In this document: positions 37,440 through 51,290 of the stretch, piece by piece
Position numbering within the stretch: position 1 is the stretch's first letter
Layout: each line of letters starts with the position of its first letter
Assembly (NCBI GenBank): GCA_002269645.1
Contig: NIVC01002585.1
Span: 1-64,000, forward strand
From: Macrostomum lignano
Taxonomy: Eukaryota
DNA length: 64,000 bases
Reading direction: 5' to 3'
The notes under the pieces: generated by a model
Database searches by the model: none
Told to the model about the DNA's origin: nothing
Seen by the model: the letters and a program-made list of their open reading frames with translations, nothing else
Position numbers and translations under genes: made by a program

Positions 37440-37995
37440 AACCTCCCCTCAGTGCCCTCGCATCACCTTAGTAGTGCCCTCCCGTCACCTCTTTCAGTGA
37501 CCTAAAATCACCTCCATCAGTGCTCTGATATCAACTCCATCAGTGCGCTGATATCACTTCCATCAGTGCCCTAAAATATCCTCCCTCAGTGCTTTAAAAT
37601 ATCCTCCCTTAGTGCCCTAAAATATCTCCCTCAGTGCTTTAAAATATCCTCCCTTAGTGCCCTAAAATATCTCCCTCAGTGCTTTAAAATAACCTCCCTC
37701 AGTGCCCTAAAATAACCTCCCTCAGTGCTTTAAAATAACCTCCCTCAGTGCCCTAAAATATCCTCTCTCAGTGCCCTAAAATATCCTCCCTCAGTGCCCT
37801 AAAATAACCTCTCTCAGTGCCCTAAAATAACCTCTCTCAGTGCTTTAAAATAACCTCCCTCAGTGCCCTAAAATAACCTCCCTCAGTGCTTTAAAATAAC
37901 CTCCCTCAGTGCCCTAAAATATCCTCTCTCAGTGCCCTAAAATATCCTCCCTCAGTGCCCTAAAATAACCTCTCTCAGTGCCCTAAGATAACCTC
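37440..37995. repeat. Minisatellite, ~23-bp unit (CCTCCCTCAGTGCCCTAAAATAT), just after the orphan gene stop codon
   Basis: Direct reading. Confidence 0.92.
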
Positions 37996-38448
37996 AGCGC
38001 CCTCACATCACATAGTTTTTTACATACAATAAAAATAACACAATATTGACAAAATTAAATTAACCATACGTCTATATGTACGAATGATACAACGAACTTA
38101 TAAAAATATCAGGTTTTTTTGTCTATACAAAAATTATTCCAGAAAATTAAATTGTTTTATTTTCGTATAGAAGTTTATATGCATAGATTTCTTTCACTGA
38201 AAAACTGTATACGAAGTATGTTTTTATTTGACATTCAAATGTCATTTCAAACTAGTCATTTAGTAAAAAACAATCTATGCGAACCTGAGTTGATCAGCTG
38301 TCTGTGCATGTTGTGTGTCTTATTTTATTCAGAAATATATACGGGCATCCAAACTATTTTTTTGAGTTAAACGAAACCTTTTTTGTTCTTTCGTTACGTT
38401 AAATTACGTTTGTATTGAACCGAAAGATAGATTAAATTTTTTATTGAA

Positions 38449-38720
38449 GGGGTTGTAGCCTACTGGTTGGAGCGTCGAACTCACGACTGAAAGGTCGGGG
38501 GTTCGATTCCCGATCCACCACTCGGAACAATTTGTGTCCTTTAAGCAAGACACTTAACTCTGCATTGCTTCAGTTCACCCAGCTGTAAAATAGGTGCCAG
38601 CATTAGCTGGGGTAATTGAGGGTGCGTGTGGCGACCCCCCAGTCCTTGGACCGTACGCAGCCTTCAGATGCGCCGCGCAATAGCTGCGGCTGACTGACTG
38701 GTTGACACATAGACAACAGA
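38449..38720 (+). mobile_element. tRNA-derived SINE, copy 2
   Basis: GGGGTTGTAGCCTACTGG...GGTTCGATTCCC...GTGTCCTTTAAGCAAGACACTTAACTC...; followed by a CAGA-rich tail. Confidence 0.9.
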
Positions 38721-39709
38721 CAGATACAGACAGACAGAAAGCCAGAAAATTAAACAAACCATGAAACACATTAGGAATGATTTACAATGTTTTACTCAAA
38801 CGCGCATAGGAGCTAATATAGCATGTGTATTATTTGTACAAAGTACTTGGTAAAAACCGTGTATTCTTACTTGAAAATGGTCAGCACTAAACATCGTAGA
38901 GTTCATAGTTACACCACAAGCAAAGCATATTAGACTGAGTATAAATTAATAATTGAAAAAGTTGTCAGCAAACAATCCTGATTTCAATAGCCAAGTGCAC
39001 AGAGTACTACTTAATAACAGAAGGGAATAGAGGTTTTTACAACTTTTTTTAGAACAAGGAAAAAACGATTTGGTAATCATTAGCATATAAATATAGACCA
39101 TTGCAAGAATTTTTAGAAGTTTGTTTAGATCTGCCGCTGAAATGATCAAAACTATAAAATGCTAATAAACTGTAAAGAGAAAGTATTAAACACAATAAAA
39201 AACAAGAACAATGTTTATGTACCTGATTAAATGTACATTTATATGTATTTAAAAAGTCTTCAACAATCTTAAAACATAGATTTACACCAAGAAAATGTAC
39301 TACTATAAGTAGCTAAAAACCTCGACAGATTTTGGAATGCTCTTGCTAAATATTGAAACAAAAACCCGATTTAATGCATAACAAGTACATTAAAATTGTA
39401 AATATATAATTATTTATAAAAACCAATTACGAAAAATTCTTAACTCTGGAATGTAACAACTGTTATAACAAAATGGGAATGTTAAGTAATTTACTATTAA
39501 TCATTAAAGAAATCAAAATATTAATAGCACATTAATAGAGTAATTATGGTACAATTGTACATTCAAACATATAAAACTTTTAGTGCTTAGATACAATTCA
39601 TTCTTATAGGTACTTTAGCTCATTTTTAGCAAAGCCGTTTATGCAAAATTTCTGTGAGTTGTAATTATTAGTTTTAAGACTTCTAAATTTGTGTCTAATA
39701 TAGATAATG

Positions 39710-40430
39710 ATCAACAAACCATCGAATCTATAGACACTGCTCTACAAACCATTGAATCTATAGACACTGATCTACAAACCATTGAGTCTATAGACACTGA
39801 TCTACAAACCATTGAATCTATAGACACTGATCTACAAACCGTTAAATCTATAGACACTGATCTACAAAACGTTAAATCTATAGACACTGATCTACAAACC
39901 GTTAAATCTATAGACACTGATCTACAAACCATTGAGTCTATAGACACTGATCTACAAACCGTTAAACCTATAGACACATCTACAAACCATTGAGTCTATA
40001 AACACTGATCTACAAACCATTGAGTCTATAGAGACACTGATCTACAAACCATTGAGTCTATAGACACTGATCTACAAACCGTTAAACCTATAGACACTGA
40101 TCTACAAACCATCGAATCAATAAACACTGATCTACAAACCGTTAAACCTATAGACAAATCTACAAACCATGATCTATAGACACTGATCTACAAACCATCG
40201 AATCAATAAACACTGATCTACAAAACAATGAATCTATAGACACTGATCTACAAACCGTTAAACCTATAGACACATCTACAAACCATTGAGTCTATAGACA
40301 CTGATCTACAAACCATTGAGTCTATAGAGACACTGATCTACAAACCATTGAGTCTATAGACACTGATCTACAAACCGTTAAACCTATAGACACATCTACA
40401 AACCATGATCTATAAGCACTGATCTACAAA
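39710..40430. repeat. Minisatellite, 30-bp unit (ATCTATAGACACTGATCTACAAACCATTGA)
   Basis: About 24 copies, starting ~60 nt beyond the SLC6-like stop codon. Confidence 0.95.
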
Positions 40431-40490
40431 TCTACAGACAAAAGGTATATCTTACAAATGAAAATCCAGCAATAGAGCATAATAAATCAA

Positions 40491-43400
40491 TCAAATCTCA
40501 GAGCCGTACATTGGTCTGGACTGCAGCGTGGCAGTGTTGGACCTGCTTTGCATCTGATAGCTGTGCTGGGCCGGGTGCTGGTACTGCTGCTGCTGGAACT
40601 GAAACCCTGTCCCGGTGCTGCTCAACTGCTGCTGCTGGCGCTTCCTCTGCTCTGCCAGCTGGTCTTCTTCCGGCAGGAAATCGCCGTAAAACAAGCGTTG
40701 ACACCTACTGCCGCTGGAGCTTTCGCCACTGCATAGCATGACGAGCAGGCCGACAAAGAACCCGAGAGCTGGAGGCCCGATAGCAACTAGCCAGCCAATA
40801 GCGTTGAAGGCAGTTGGAATTGGAGTGACGCTACGTTCGGGCGTCTCGTAGTGACAGCCGGATATCGACGGGGGATTATTGATGGAGGCGCAGTACCTAG
40901 GAATGGATTAGTGAAATCATTGCAGGCGTCACTGGCTAAGTCAATTTCCTAAATTAGGCTGGTATTTCCTAAATTAGGCTGGGATTTCCTAAATTAGACT
41001 GGGATTTCCTAAATTAGACTGGGATTTCCTAAATAAGACTAGGATTTCCTAAATTAGACTGGGATTTCCTAAATTAGACTGGGATTTCCTAAATTAGACT
41101 GGGATTTCCTAAATTAGACTGGGATTTCCTAAATTAGACTGGGATTTCCTAAATAAGACTAGGATTTTTGAAATTAGACTGGGAGTGGGATTTCCCAAAT
41201 TAGGCTGGGATTTCCTAAATTAGACTGGGATTTCCTAAATTAGACTGGGATTTCCTAAATTAGACTGGGATTTCCTAAATTAGACTGGGATTTCCTAAAT
41301 TAGACTGGGATTTCCTAAATTAGACTGGGATTTCCTAAATAAGACTAGGATTTCCCAAATTAGACTGGGATTTCCCAAATTAGGCTGGGATTTCCTAAAT
41401 AAGACTAGGATTTCCCAAATTAGACTGGGATTTCCTAAATAAGACTAGGATTTCCCAAATTAGACTGGGATTTCCCAAATTAGGCTGGGATTTCCTAAAT
41501 TAGACGGGGATTTCCTAAATTAGACTGGGATTTCCTAAATTAGACTGGGATTTCCTAAATTAGGCTGGGATTTCCTAAATTAGGCTGGGATTTCCTAAAT
41601 TAGGCTGGGATTTCCTAAATTAGACTGGGATTTACCAAATTAGACTGGGATTTCCTAAATTAGACTGGAATTTCCTAAATTAGACTGGGTTTTCCTAAAT
41701 AAGACTAGGATTTTCTAAATTAGACTAGGATTTTCTAAATTAGACTGGGATTTCCCAAATTAGACTGGGTTTTCCAAAATAAGACTAGGATTTTTGAAAT
41801 TAGACTAGGATTTTCTAAATTAGACTGTATTTTCTTAAATTAGACTGTATTTTCTTAAATTAGACTGGGATTTCCTAAATTAGACTGGGATTTCCCAAAT
41901 TAGGCTGGGATTTCCTAAATTAGGCTGGGATTTCCTAAATTAGGCTGGGATTTCCTAAATTAGGCTGGGATTTCCTAAATTAGGCTGGGATTTCCTAAAT
42001 TAGGCTGGGATTTCCTAAATTAGACTGGGATTTCCTAAATTAGACTGGGATTTCCTAAATTAGACTGGGATTTCCTAAATTAGACTGGGATTTCCTAAAT
42101 TAGACTGGGATTTCCTAAATTAGACTGGGATTTCCTAAATTAGACTGGGATTTCCTAAATTAGACTGGGATTTACCAAATTAGACTGGGATTTCCTAAAT
42201 TAGACTGGGATTTCCTAAATTATACTGTATTTTTTAAATTAGAGTAGAGTAGGATTAGAGTAGAATTATTTCTATACATATCGGCTTTTTTTCTCCAGCT
42301 TTAATTAGTTTTCGATACATATCGGCTTTATTTCACTAGCAGGAGGGAAGTCTTACCAGCAATAGATAGCCACAAACAGTACCACGGAGAGGCCCAACGA
42401 GATGAGGCACAGGAGTCTGGGCACCAGAGAAGCCGCCTTAGTCCGATAGTAGGCCATAAAGAAGGCCACCCCAGCGCCAGCCGCAATCAGCAGCATGAAC
42501 CTGTCCATAAAGACGTCCATCAGCCGCAGCCACCAGAATCCAGATTTAATTATAAACGGAAAACTCAAAGCAAACAGAACAGGACAGGTGAGTCCGGTCA
42601 TGAGTCGGTAGGTTCGAACTTTTCTCTGCTCAACCGACCGATACCTGGACCGCATATAGTCTACAATGGTATCCGCAGAGGCCACGAACAGCAGTGACTG
42701 CGCCAGCAGCAGGAACAGATAGAGGCTTAAAAAGAAGCAGACACCAACAGCCCGGTTCAGAGCCAGCCGGGACAGCATGTGCGGAATCAGGGTGAAGGGC
42801 TGGGCAAAGCCATAGGTCACGTGACAGCGCAGGTAGTCCAGGTCGTAGGCTGCGGATTGGGGAGTACGACCTTGTATTCGTAGATTCTTTATGCGTGCTT
42901 TTGTGCATTTTTTATGTTTGCTTTCTATTCTTATAATCTCTCAATCGAGAGATTTATGAATTTAGCGTGTATATAATCTTGCCTATCTCTTATAATGATA
43001 TATATTATTATCATCTCTACAGATATCTAATCTCACCATCTCTATAGACGTCTAAATCTCTCCATCTCTATTCTCTACGGATATCTAATCTCACCATCTC
43101 TATAGACATTTAATCTCTCCATCTCTATTCTCTACGGATATCTAATCTCACCATCTCTATAGACATTTAATCTCTCCATCTCTATTTTCTACGGATATCT
43201 AATCTCACCATCTCTATAGACATTTAATCTCTCCATCTCTATTTTCTACGGATATCTAATCTCACCATCTCTATAGATATCTCATTTCATCATTTTTATT
43301 TTTCTATTTATTCTCCTTATCTTTATTTATACATCTTATCTCATCATATTTATTCATATATCTATCGTCTTCATTTTTATTATAATATATAATCTCACCA

Positions 43401-46400
43401 TCTCTACAAATATCTAATCCCACCATCTCTACAGATATCTAATCCCACCATCTCTACAGTCATCTAACCTCACCATCTCTATAGATATCTGATCTCATCA
43501 TTTTTAATTATGTATCTATTTTCCTTATCTTTATTTATACATCTGATCTCATGATATTTATTCATATATCTATCGTCTTCATTTTTATCCTTTTATCTGA
43601 TCTTACCATCTCTACAGATATCTAATCCTACCATCTCTACAGGCATCTAATCTCACCATCTCTACAAATATATAATATCACCATCTCTAGAGATATCTAA
43701 TCCCACCATCTCTACAGACATCTAATCTCACCATATCTACAGACATCTAATCTCACCATCTCTACAGACATCTAATCTTACTATCTCTACAGACATCTAA
43801 TCCCACCATCTCTACAGACATCTAATCTCACTATCTCTACAGACATCTAATCTCACTATCTCTACAGACATCTAATCTCACTATCTAATCTCACATCTAA
43901 TCTCACTATCTCTACAGACATCTAATCTCACTATCTCTACAGACATCTAATCTCACTATCTCTACAGACATCTAATCTCACCATATCTACAGACATCTAA
44001 TCTCACTATCTCTACAGACATCTAATCTCACCATCTCTACAGACATCTAATCTCACTATCTCTACAGACATCTAATGCCACCATCTCTACAGACATCTAA
44101 TGCCACCATCTCTAAAGACATCTAATCTCACCATCTCTACAGACATCTAATCTCACTATCTCTACAGACATCTAATCTCACTATCTAATCTCACATCTAA
44201 TCTCACCATCTCTACAGACATCTAATCTCACTATCTCTAGACATCTAATCTCACCATCTCTACCCTCTACAGACATCTAATCTCACTATCTCTACAGACA
44301 TCTAATCTCACTATCTCTACAGACATCTAATCCCACCATCTCTACAGACATCTAATCTCACTATCTCTACAGACATCTAATCTCACTATCTAATCTCACA
44401 TCTAATCTCACTATCTCTACAGACATCTAATCTCACCATCTCTACAGACATCTAATCTCACCATCTCTACAGACACCTAATCTCACTATCTCTACAGACA
44501 TCTAATCTCACCATATCTACAGACATCTAATGCCACCATCTCTACAGACATCTAATCTCACCATATCTACAGACATCTAATGCCACCATCTCTACAGACA
44601 TCTAATCTCACCATATCTACAGACATCTAATGCCACCATCTCTACAGACATCTAATCTCACCATATCTACAGACATCTAATGCCACCATATCTACAGACA
44701 TCTAATCTCACCATATCTACAGACATCTAATGCCACCATCTCTACAGACATCTAATCTCACCATCTCTACAGACATCTAATCTCACTATCTCTACAGACA
44801 TCTAATGCCACCATCTCTACAGACATCTAATCTCAGCAATCTCCCCGAGCACTCACCGGCAGCATAGCTCACAACAGCCAGCAGAGAAGGCAGTTGCACC
44901 ACCAGACCGAAGATGAGCAGTACTCCCAGAAAGCTGAACTGCATAGTCTTACGTCCCCTGGGCACCCAGGACCCGACGGAGGGCCAGACTCCATGCCAGA
45001 TATGCATCATGCTGGCCAGCTGTACAATGGTAGAGAACAGGCCCCACAGAGGCGGGCTAAAGTCGTAGGTATCCCAAGCCAATCGATTCAACGGTATGGT
45101 CGATGCAAAATTCTTATAGAATCTTTGCCAGTATTTGTCCAGCTGCTGATGAGACGCGTTGCCAATGATAACTCCGAATGGAATTAAGAACAGAATCAGA
45201 GCCAGGGGGGCTAAGATGTACAGTAGGATGCCCAGCACGCGAGGTCCCCACAGTACAACCAGAAATATGAATATCCAGTTCAGCAGATGCGGCACAACAT
45301 TCAATCCGTCCATTAGAAACCAGCGCGGGAACCAGATATCCGAGATGCTGTTGCTGATGTCCATGTTGAAGTACAGGTAGAAGCCTTCTTCTGGAGTGGG
45401 CCCGTGCTGTGTCTGCGCCATCAGGCTGAAGGAGTAATCGGAACTCAGTGGGCTTATCATCCACTATTGATTTCTGTCTCCCTTCATTTATATATAATCT
45501 CGCTGCCGTTCAAATGTAATCTCCATCTATATCTAATCTCCATCCATATCTAATCTCATTATATTCATATCTAATCTTAGTGAATCCATATCTTATCTCA
45601 CTTAATCCATATCTAATCCCATTTATCCTATATCTAATCACCTTAATCTCTATCTAATATCACTGAATTTGTATCTAATCTCACTTCATCCATATCTAAT
45701 CCCATTTATCCCACATCTAATCCCATTTATCCCACATCTAATCACCTTAATCTTTATCTAATATCACTGAATTTGTATCTAATCTCACTTCATCCGTATC
45801 TAAACTCATTTATCCAATATCTAATCTCCTTCATCTCTATCAAATCTCACTTCATCCATAACTAATCTCACTTCATCCAGATCTAATCTTATTTATTTCA
45901 TATCTAATACCCTTAATCTATATCTAATCACCTTTTATGTATATTTAATTTCTCTATCCATATATCCCTAACCTCATTCATTTCATTCATATCTAATCTT
46001 CATTTATTCATTCTTTTTCTATTTAATATCAGATCATACTGTATTCGATCTCCCTGCCATCGATATCTAATCTCACTTCATCCTTATCTAATATGACAGA
46101 TATCTATAACATCTATAATTAGCTCCATATATACTACTCACGGGCGGCACTCGATTTTCTTATTCCACTCGTCGGCGCAGCTGCCCCACATGTAGGTGGC
46201 GCCAACGCAATAGCGACTATCGCACGGGTAAACAGAGAAGAATATGTACGACAGGCAGTGCGTCATCACGCCCGAGATGTAGATTATGCTAATTAGATTG
46301 CGAATGATCATGGCTAAACCGAAACCTGCGATTTTTGAAAAAAATGATGCATTTAATCAAATTTAGTTTGACTATTAATAAATGTTAATTAAGATATATA

Positions 46401-47161
46401 TCATTTATATTTCATTTATTAAAAAAAATTTGTTAACTATTTTTTATGATCAATTTTTTTCCTACGATTTACCAATTTTCAACTATAAGTGTTTGAGAAA
46501 ACATTTTGCAGGCTTGTATTTTAGTTAGTTGTAATTAGAATTCATCATCAATATTATACATAATAGATGTTGTTTTTTCATAAAGTAATTATTATTGACT
46601 CTGGGTATTGAGTGATGTTTAATATTAAAACATTTTTTGCAAACTCAATGTTCTTTTCTAGGCCTTAGGATATTGATTTAGAATACAGTAGATCTAGGAT
46701 TTAAATAAACTTAACACATTTTTCTCGTTTTCAACTGTGATTTTTTGTAGAATATGCTGCATCAAATAGGGTTCTACCATAGACAGATTTATGAAAAAGA
46801 AGAGAAACCTCTCACGAACAATTGCTACTTATTATCTTATATCTTGCTACTTATTAGTAGGCAGTCAAAGATGATCAATGAACTTACCAAAGCTAAATGG
46901 AAAGAATTTCTTCATCAATCCAAGAATGCCTCTCTGGTACTGATTGCCCAGCCGGATCTGTATGTACAGCATTGGCGAGCCAATGATCAGCATGAACAGT
47001 ACAAAACCCATCAAAGTCCAGCCCGAACCAAAATAGAAGCACTCCTGCAGCTTGACAAATGCAGCCAGAGACATGCAGCACAGGGAGGCCAGCACCAGCT
47101 GCACTACTGACCAGCTTGGGTGGCTGTCTACAAAATCATCTGACTGGTCGTCAAGCCACAT
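40491..47161 (-). CDS. Divergent SLC6 (sodium:neurotransmitter symporter family) transporter, 5 exons, 641 aa
   Basis: Exons 47161-46888, 46325-46142, 45425-44857, 42849-42357, 40896-40491; phases 1,2,1,2; total 1926 nt. About 12 hydrophobic segments in SLC6 order: MLIIGSPMLYIQIRLGNQYQRG (TM2), FSFGGFGLAM (TM3), WGSCADEWNKKIEC (EL2 disulfide), PEEGFY, LLNWIFIFLVVLWG, PFIIKSGFWWLRLMD. Confidence 0.8.
40945..42230. repeat. Minisatellite, 20-bp unit (GGGATTTCCTAAATTAGACT), SLC6 intron 4
   Basis: About 63 tandem copies. Confidence 0.97.
43010..44835. repeat. Minisatellite, 25-bp unit (CATCTCTACAGACATCTAATCTCAC), SLC6 intron 3
   Basis: Degenerate at the left end, homogeneous at the right end. 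Confidence 0.95.
45520..46085. repeat. Degenerate ATCTAATCTC-based repeat, SLC6 intron 2
   Basis: Related to the 25-bp family. Confidence 0.75.
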
Positions 47162-49260
47162 TTGAGTGCTGCTTGTGTCTTGGAATGGCAGTAACAGTAA
47201 AAAATGAATTAAGCAATTAAAATTGACACAAAAATTACATACCAAATACATGAGAAGCCTGAGGATTATTTAAGCTACTGTAATATATCAAAGAATTTAT
47301 TTTTTGTTTCAGAGATGATGAGATTAGATATCTGTAGAGATGATGAGATTAGATTTCTGTATAGATAGTGAGATACAATTTATGTATAAATATTGTGAGA
47401 CTAGATGTCCTTAGAGATAGTAAGATTAGATACTGAGATTAGTTTACTAGATTTGTTTTTAGTACATTTTAAAACCACCGACAGCTATAAAAAATATAGC
47501 AATTAACACAAGGGTTGATTACAACAGTATTTTCAAACTATCCATATACTAAAACTTTATACTATGAATGACATGAATACTCAAATGATATAAAATTTTA
47601 GCCTCAATCCCTTGCATATGTGCCATTGAATTAAACATTTTTAGCTTTTCTTAGCATAATAAAACATTTTTTTTATAAATTTACAGTTTAGTAAAACAGA
47701 CCAGTAGCTAACTTTTAGCTCATTTTGATATTTTATAACTTACATTTAGAATGAACAAAATTTGTCAAACTTTGCAATACTCTTTAAAGAAAAATAGTAT
47801 GAATGCTAATTATATCAAAAAGTGATAGAGTATCTAACAAAGCATAAAATAGGATAAAAAATAATGTAAAAGGTTATTCAAAATTTATATAAACATATAG
47901 TTCTTAATTTTAATTTTATGAATTTAAAAGGCAGTAACATTCTACATCAGGGCTACTACCTACTAAAATTATTATCCACTGTTTATAGCCATTGCTTACT
48001 TCTAATGAGTATAGTTGTAGTACCCCAGAACACTGAATCAAGACTTTCAGATTCCCTATATAAGTGGAACCTTTTTTCCAATGATTTCTCATTTATCTTC
48101 TATAGTTTGGAAGGCAACATGTATGTCAGGATTTCCTGGTATACAACAAGAGTACTTGCCATTTTTTGCATATATTAGCATACATCCCAGTGTACATGAC
48201 ACAGTGGACAATTTTTAACTTACACTTACATCTATGACATATCTACAGACATGTTAGGATCAAATAAAGTGACTTTACATAGAATACGCTACATGCAATA
48301 CTGTTATTATGGAACATAGAATAAGAAAAAAAAACAATTTTAAACTTTGTGTCCTTAAAAACTTGTTTTTTTCTTCTATTTTTAGCAAATAAAAAGTATT
48401 TAAAGTACTTCAATAGAAGTTTGACTATTTTGCATCCAAATGATTTCTGCTATATAGAATTTACCTGCAAACTATTTTGCCTATAAACCAGTTTAGCTAT
48501 AGGGATTTTGGTCATAATGCTTAATAGCTTGTATGCCCTATTTGAATAAATGGACAAAGGGTGTCTGACCATCTGTTGCAATTTGGGAATTTTCTAGTAT
48601 TACATTGTGACTGGAGTAAAGGCAGGTAGTGTCACAGCATGGAACAGTTTTGGGTAAACAGCAGGAATAACCATAATTTTCTTATTAAGGCTAAATGCCT
48701 TGTTATCTAATTAGTACAACTATGCTTCTATTTAATGCAAAAGTTAAGATTATCTGTGTTGCATTGCATTTTTTAGCTACAATTTTAGACCCCATATCAC
48801 ATATTTGCAGGTTTTCAACACTTATTCCAAAAAGGCTAAATATGTTATATGCATATACATATATGTAGAATAGGTACACAGTGATTTTGTCTGCCACCTT
48901 TTTGTCTGCTAGGAGACAAGACAGCTTTTTCTAGCAGACAAATTGGATGCAATTGTAGAGAGTGAAACTAATTGAGAGCCTGAGAGTTGTGTCTATATTT
49001 ATTTATCAGCAACACTGTGTGCAGACACACACTAGATGTACATAGCATTTGTGTGCCAGGAATAACATTAATTTTGTCATGCAAGCACTAGGCAGTAGGT
49101 GCCTATTAGCAATGTGGGCCATACTATGATGCATGCAACACCCCCTAGTACACTGTATATTAAATCAAGAGTCAGTTGACTATTGTGTTAAATTTGGCAT
49201 GCTATAGCAAAATGACAATCAAAACTTTTCTAACTTGGTCCTGTCAACAAAATGAGCAAA

Positions 49261-51290
49261 TGTATTGCATGTCTAAATGCTGTCAGAACAAAGCAACAAG
49301 CTTTTCAGTACAATAGATATGACAAGTGGCAATATTGGACATGTCATTCATGTAAATTCCTAAACAGTGAAACTTTAAAATTCCTAATTCTTAATAATTT
49401 AGTAATGTAGAGATATAAATACATGTACCAAGTAGACCTATATGTACATTTTGGTTACAGTTTAACAGTTTAAAGTTGCATTGCAGGCATCTCACAGGAT
49501 GAGTACCGCAAGCTGAGTGCTAAAAGTGACTGTGTTTATTTGGCTATGCACACATTACAAAACTTTAGATGTAACACCTTTGGAAGTTGGAATCGCCATG
49601 AACTATGGCGTTGAGATTATCAATATTGAGGTGGTTGAAGTGATGGATTTCAATGCTGAAGAAGCTGATGTGGAAGCTGAGGTAGCTGATATGCAGGAGG
49701 CTGAGGTGGCTTATATGCAGGGGGCTGAGGTGGCTGATGTGCAGGAGGCTGAGGTGGCTGATATTCTACATGCTGAGGTTTTCAGTGTTAAAGTGAAAGT
49801 GCTAAAGAGGCTGATGTCGTGTAAGAAGCTAATGAGGCTGATGTCATTCAGGAAGCTGATGAGGCTGATGTGCAGGAGGCTGGGGCATTCAATTTGCAGC
49901 TTGGTGCTAGCAAGCAAGGTGGCGATTTACTAATATTGTCTCTGGGCTCATACATGCGCAACCTCCAAAATTCAGTCGGCCATGCGACTTAGTTTTTGGC
50001 CAAAAAATGCAAAAAAACCCTAAAGCAAAATTAACGCAAGTTTAGGTAAACGACAGGAGTAACTATGACTGTCTTATTAAGTCAAAATGCCTCGTCAGCT
50101 ACTTAGTACTACTACTTTGGTGTTTTTTGGGTGGGCATTTTTGCGACTTCCTTGGTTGGCCGCCAAATTGGTCGGCCAGATCGGCCGACTCGGCCGACTG
50201 TTGCGCATGTATGTCTGGGCTATGTTCTTGGATGCGATGGAGAGAAAAGTGGCTCCAAGTATTAGAAATGTGTAGTATACAATCATTCAGTCAGGTGTGC
50301 TGGCAACGTTACTGAGTCACCTGGTGGCACATATCACCTATCGAAGAGGCATACTTGTGAGCCTAACACTGATGCTGATTTGTGTAGAATAATTGCACTA
50401 GAAGTCAAGGGTGCTGCAAAGAAGGCAAAATATGTTCCGGCTAAGGCTCTATCTAAGGCAGCCATGAGCAAGCATGCAGACAAGTTTCAAGTCCAAGCTC
50501 CAAACCTAGACCAGTTGGTACATCAGGCAAATTGGCTCTGACAGAATCAAAGGCAACAGCAACCAGCAACACTCAAATTCCAGTTGAGCAGTGACAACAT
50601 CCCTCAACCTTTTCTGCATGCAGATGTGGCAGTTGCATGGACAAGGAAGAGGCACATTGTGCTTTCAAGTCCTGAGCAGCTAAATGCACTATCACACTGC
50701 CTAGACTGGTTTCTTGATAGGACATTCAGCATAGTTAAGGAGCCATTTGTACAATTATATAGCATACATGGTGTGGTTGAATCTGGTGGAACAAAACGGA
50801 TCTGTGCACCTGCATACATAATCATGTCTAGGACTCTAGATGCACAAAGGCTGATTATGTGGCTGTATTTGTCACTCTTTGTTGCATGCTTTTTGAAGCT
50901 GTAGTGACACATGCAATGCTAGACTTTGAGCCTGCTATCTAGCAGGCACTGAGAGAAGTCTTCCCAAATGCGAAACTAAATGGCTGCATATTTCATTATA
51001 GCCAAGCAGTTTATTGTAGAATTGGCCTGCTTGGCCTTATCCCAGCATACACAACATACAGACCTATCTGCGCTTTGTGCAGACAGCTAATGGCCCTGCA
51101 ATATTTGCCTAGCTAGCAATATTGAAGCTGCATTTGAAGGCCTATAGCCACTGGTAACATCATAGCTAATTACAGATCTATTTAACTACATTGATTCTAC
51201 ATGGCTGTCACATTCTATCTGGAGTATTCAGTCCCTCTCAGCATACCTACTTGTTGATAGGACAAACAATGCTATTGAGGGTTGGCACTA
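49261..51290 (+). pseudogene. MULE transposase pseudogene
   Basis: CIACLNAVRTKQQAFQYNRYDKWQYWTC (49261, eroded PHD); acidic repeat; KQGGDLLILSLGY...KY*KC...C...HTC (FLYWCH-like, split by a MITE); DDE core ~50580-51290. Confidence 0.78.
49949..50213. mobile_element. Non-autonomous TIR element carrying a 28S rRNA-derived segment, copy 2 (265 bp), nested in the MULE
   Basis: Same TIRs CATACATGCGCAAC / GTTGCGCATGTATG; 8-bp TSD TCTGGGCT (49941-49948, 50214-50221). Removing it restores the MULE FLYWCH reading frame. 28S-like core at 50045-50107. Confidence 0.9.

Noticed and set aside
38449-38525. tRNA genes (also 22600-22673 and 57714-57762)
   Set aside because: No proper acceptor stem; they continue into a shared SINE body or are truncated, so they are SINE heads.
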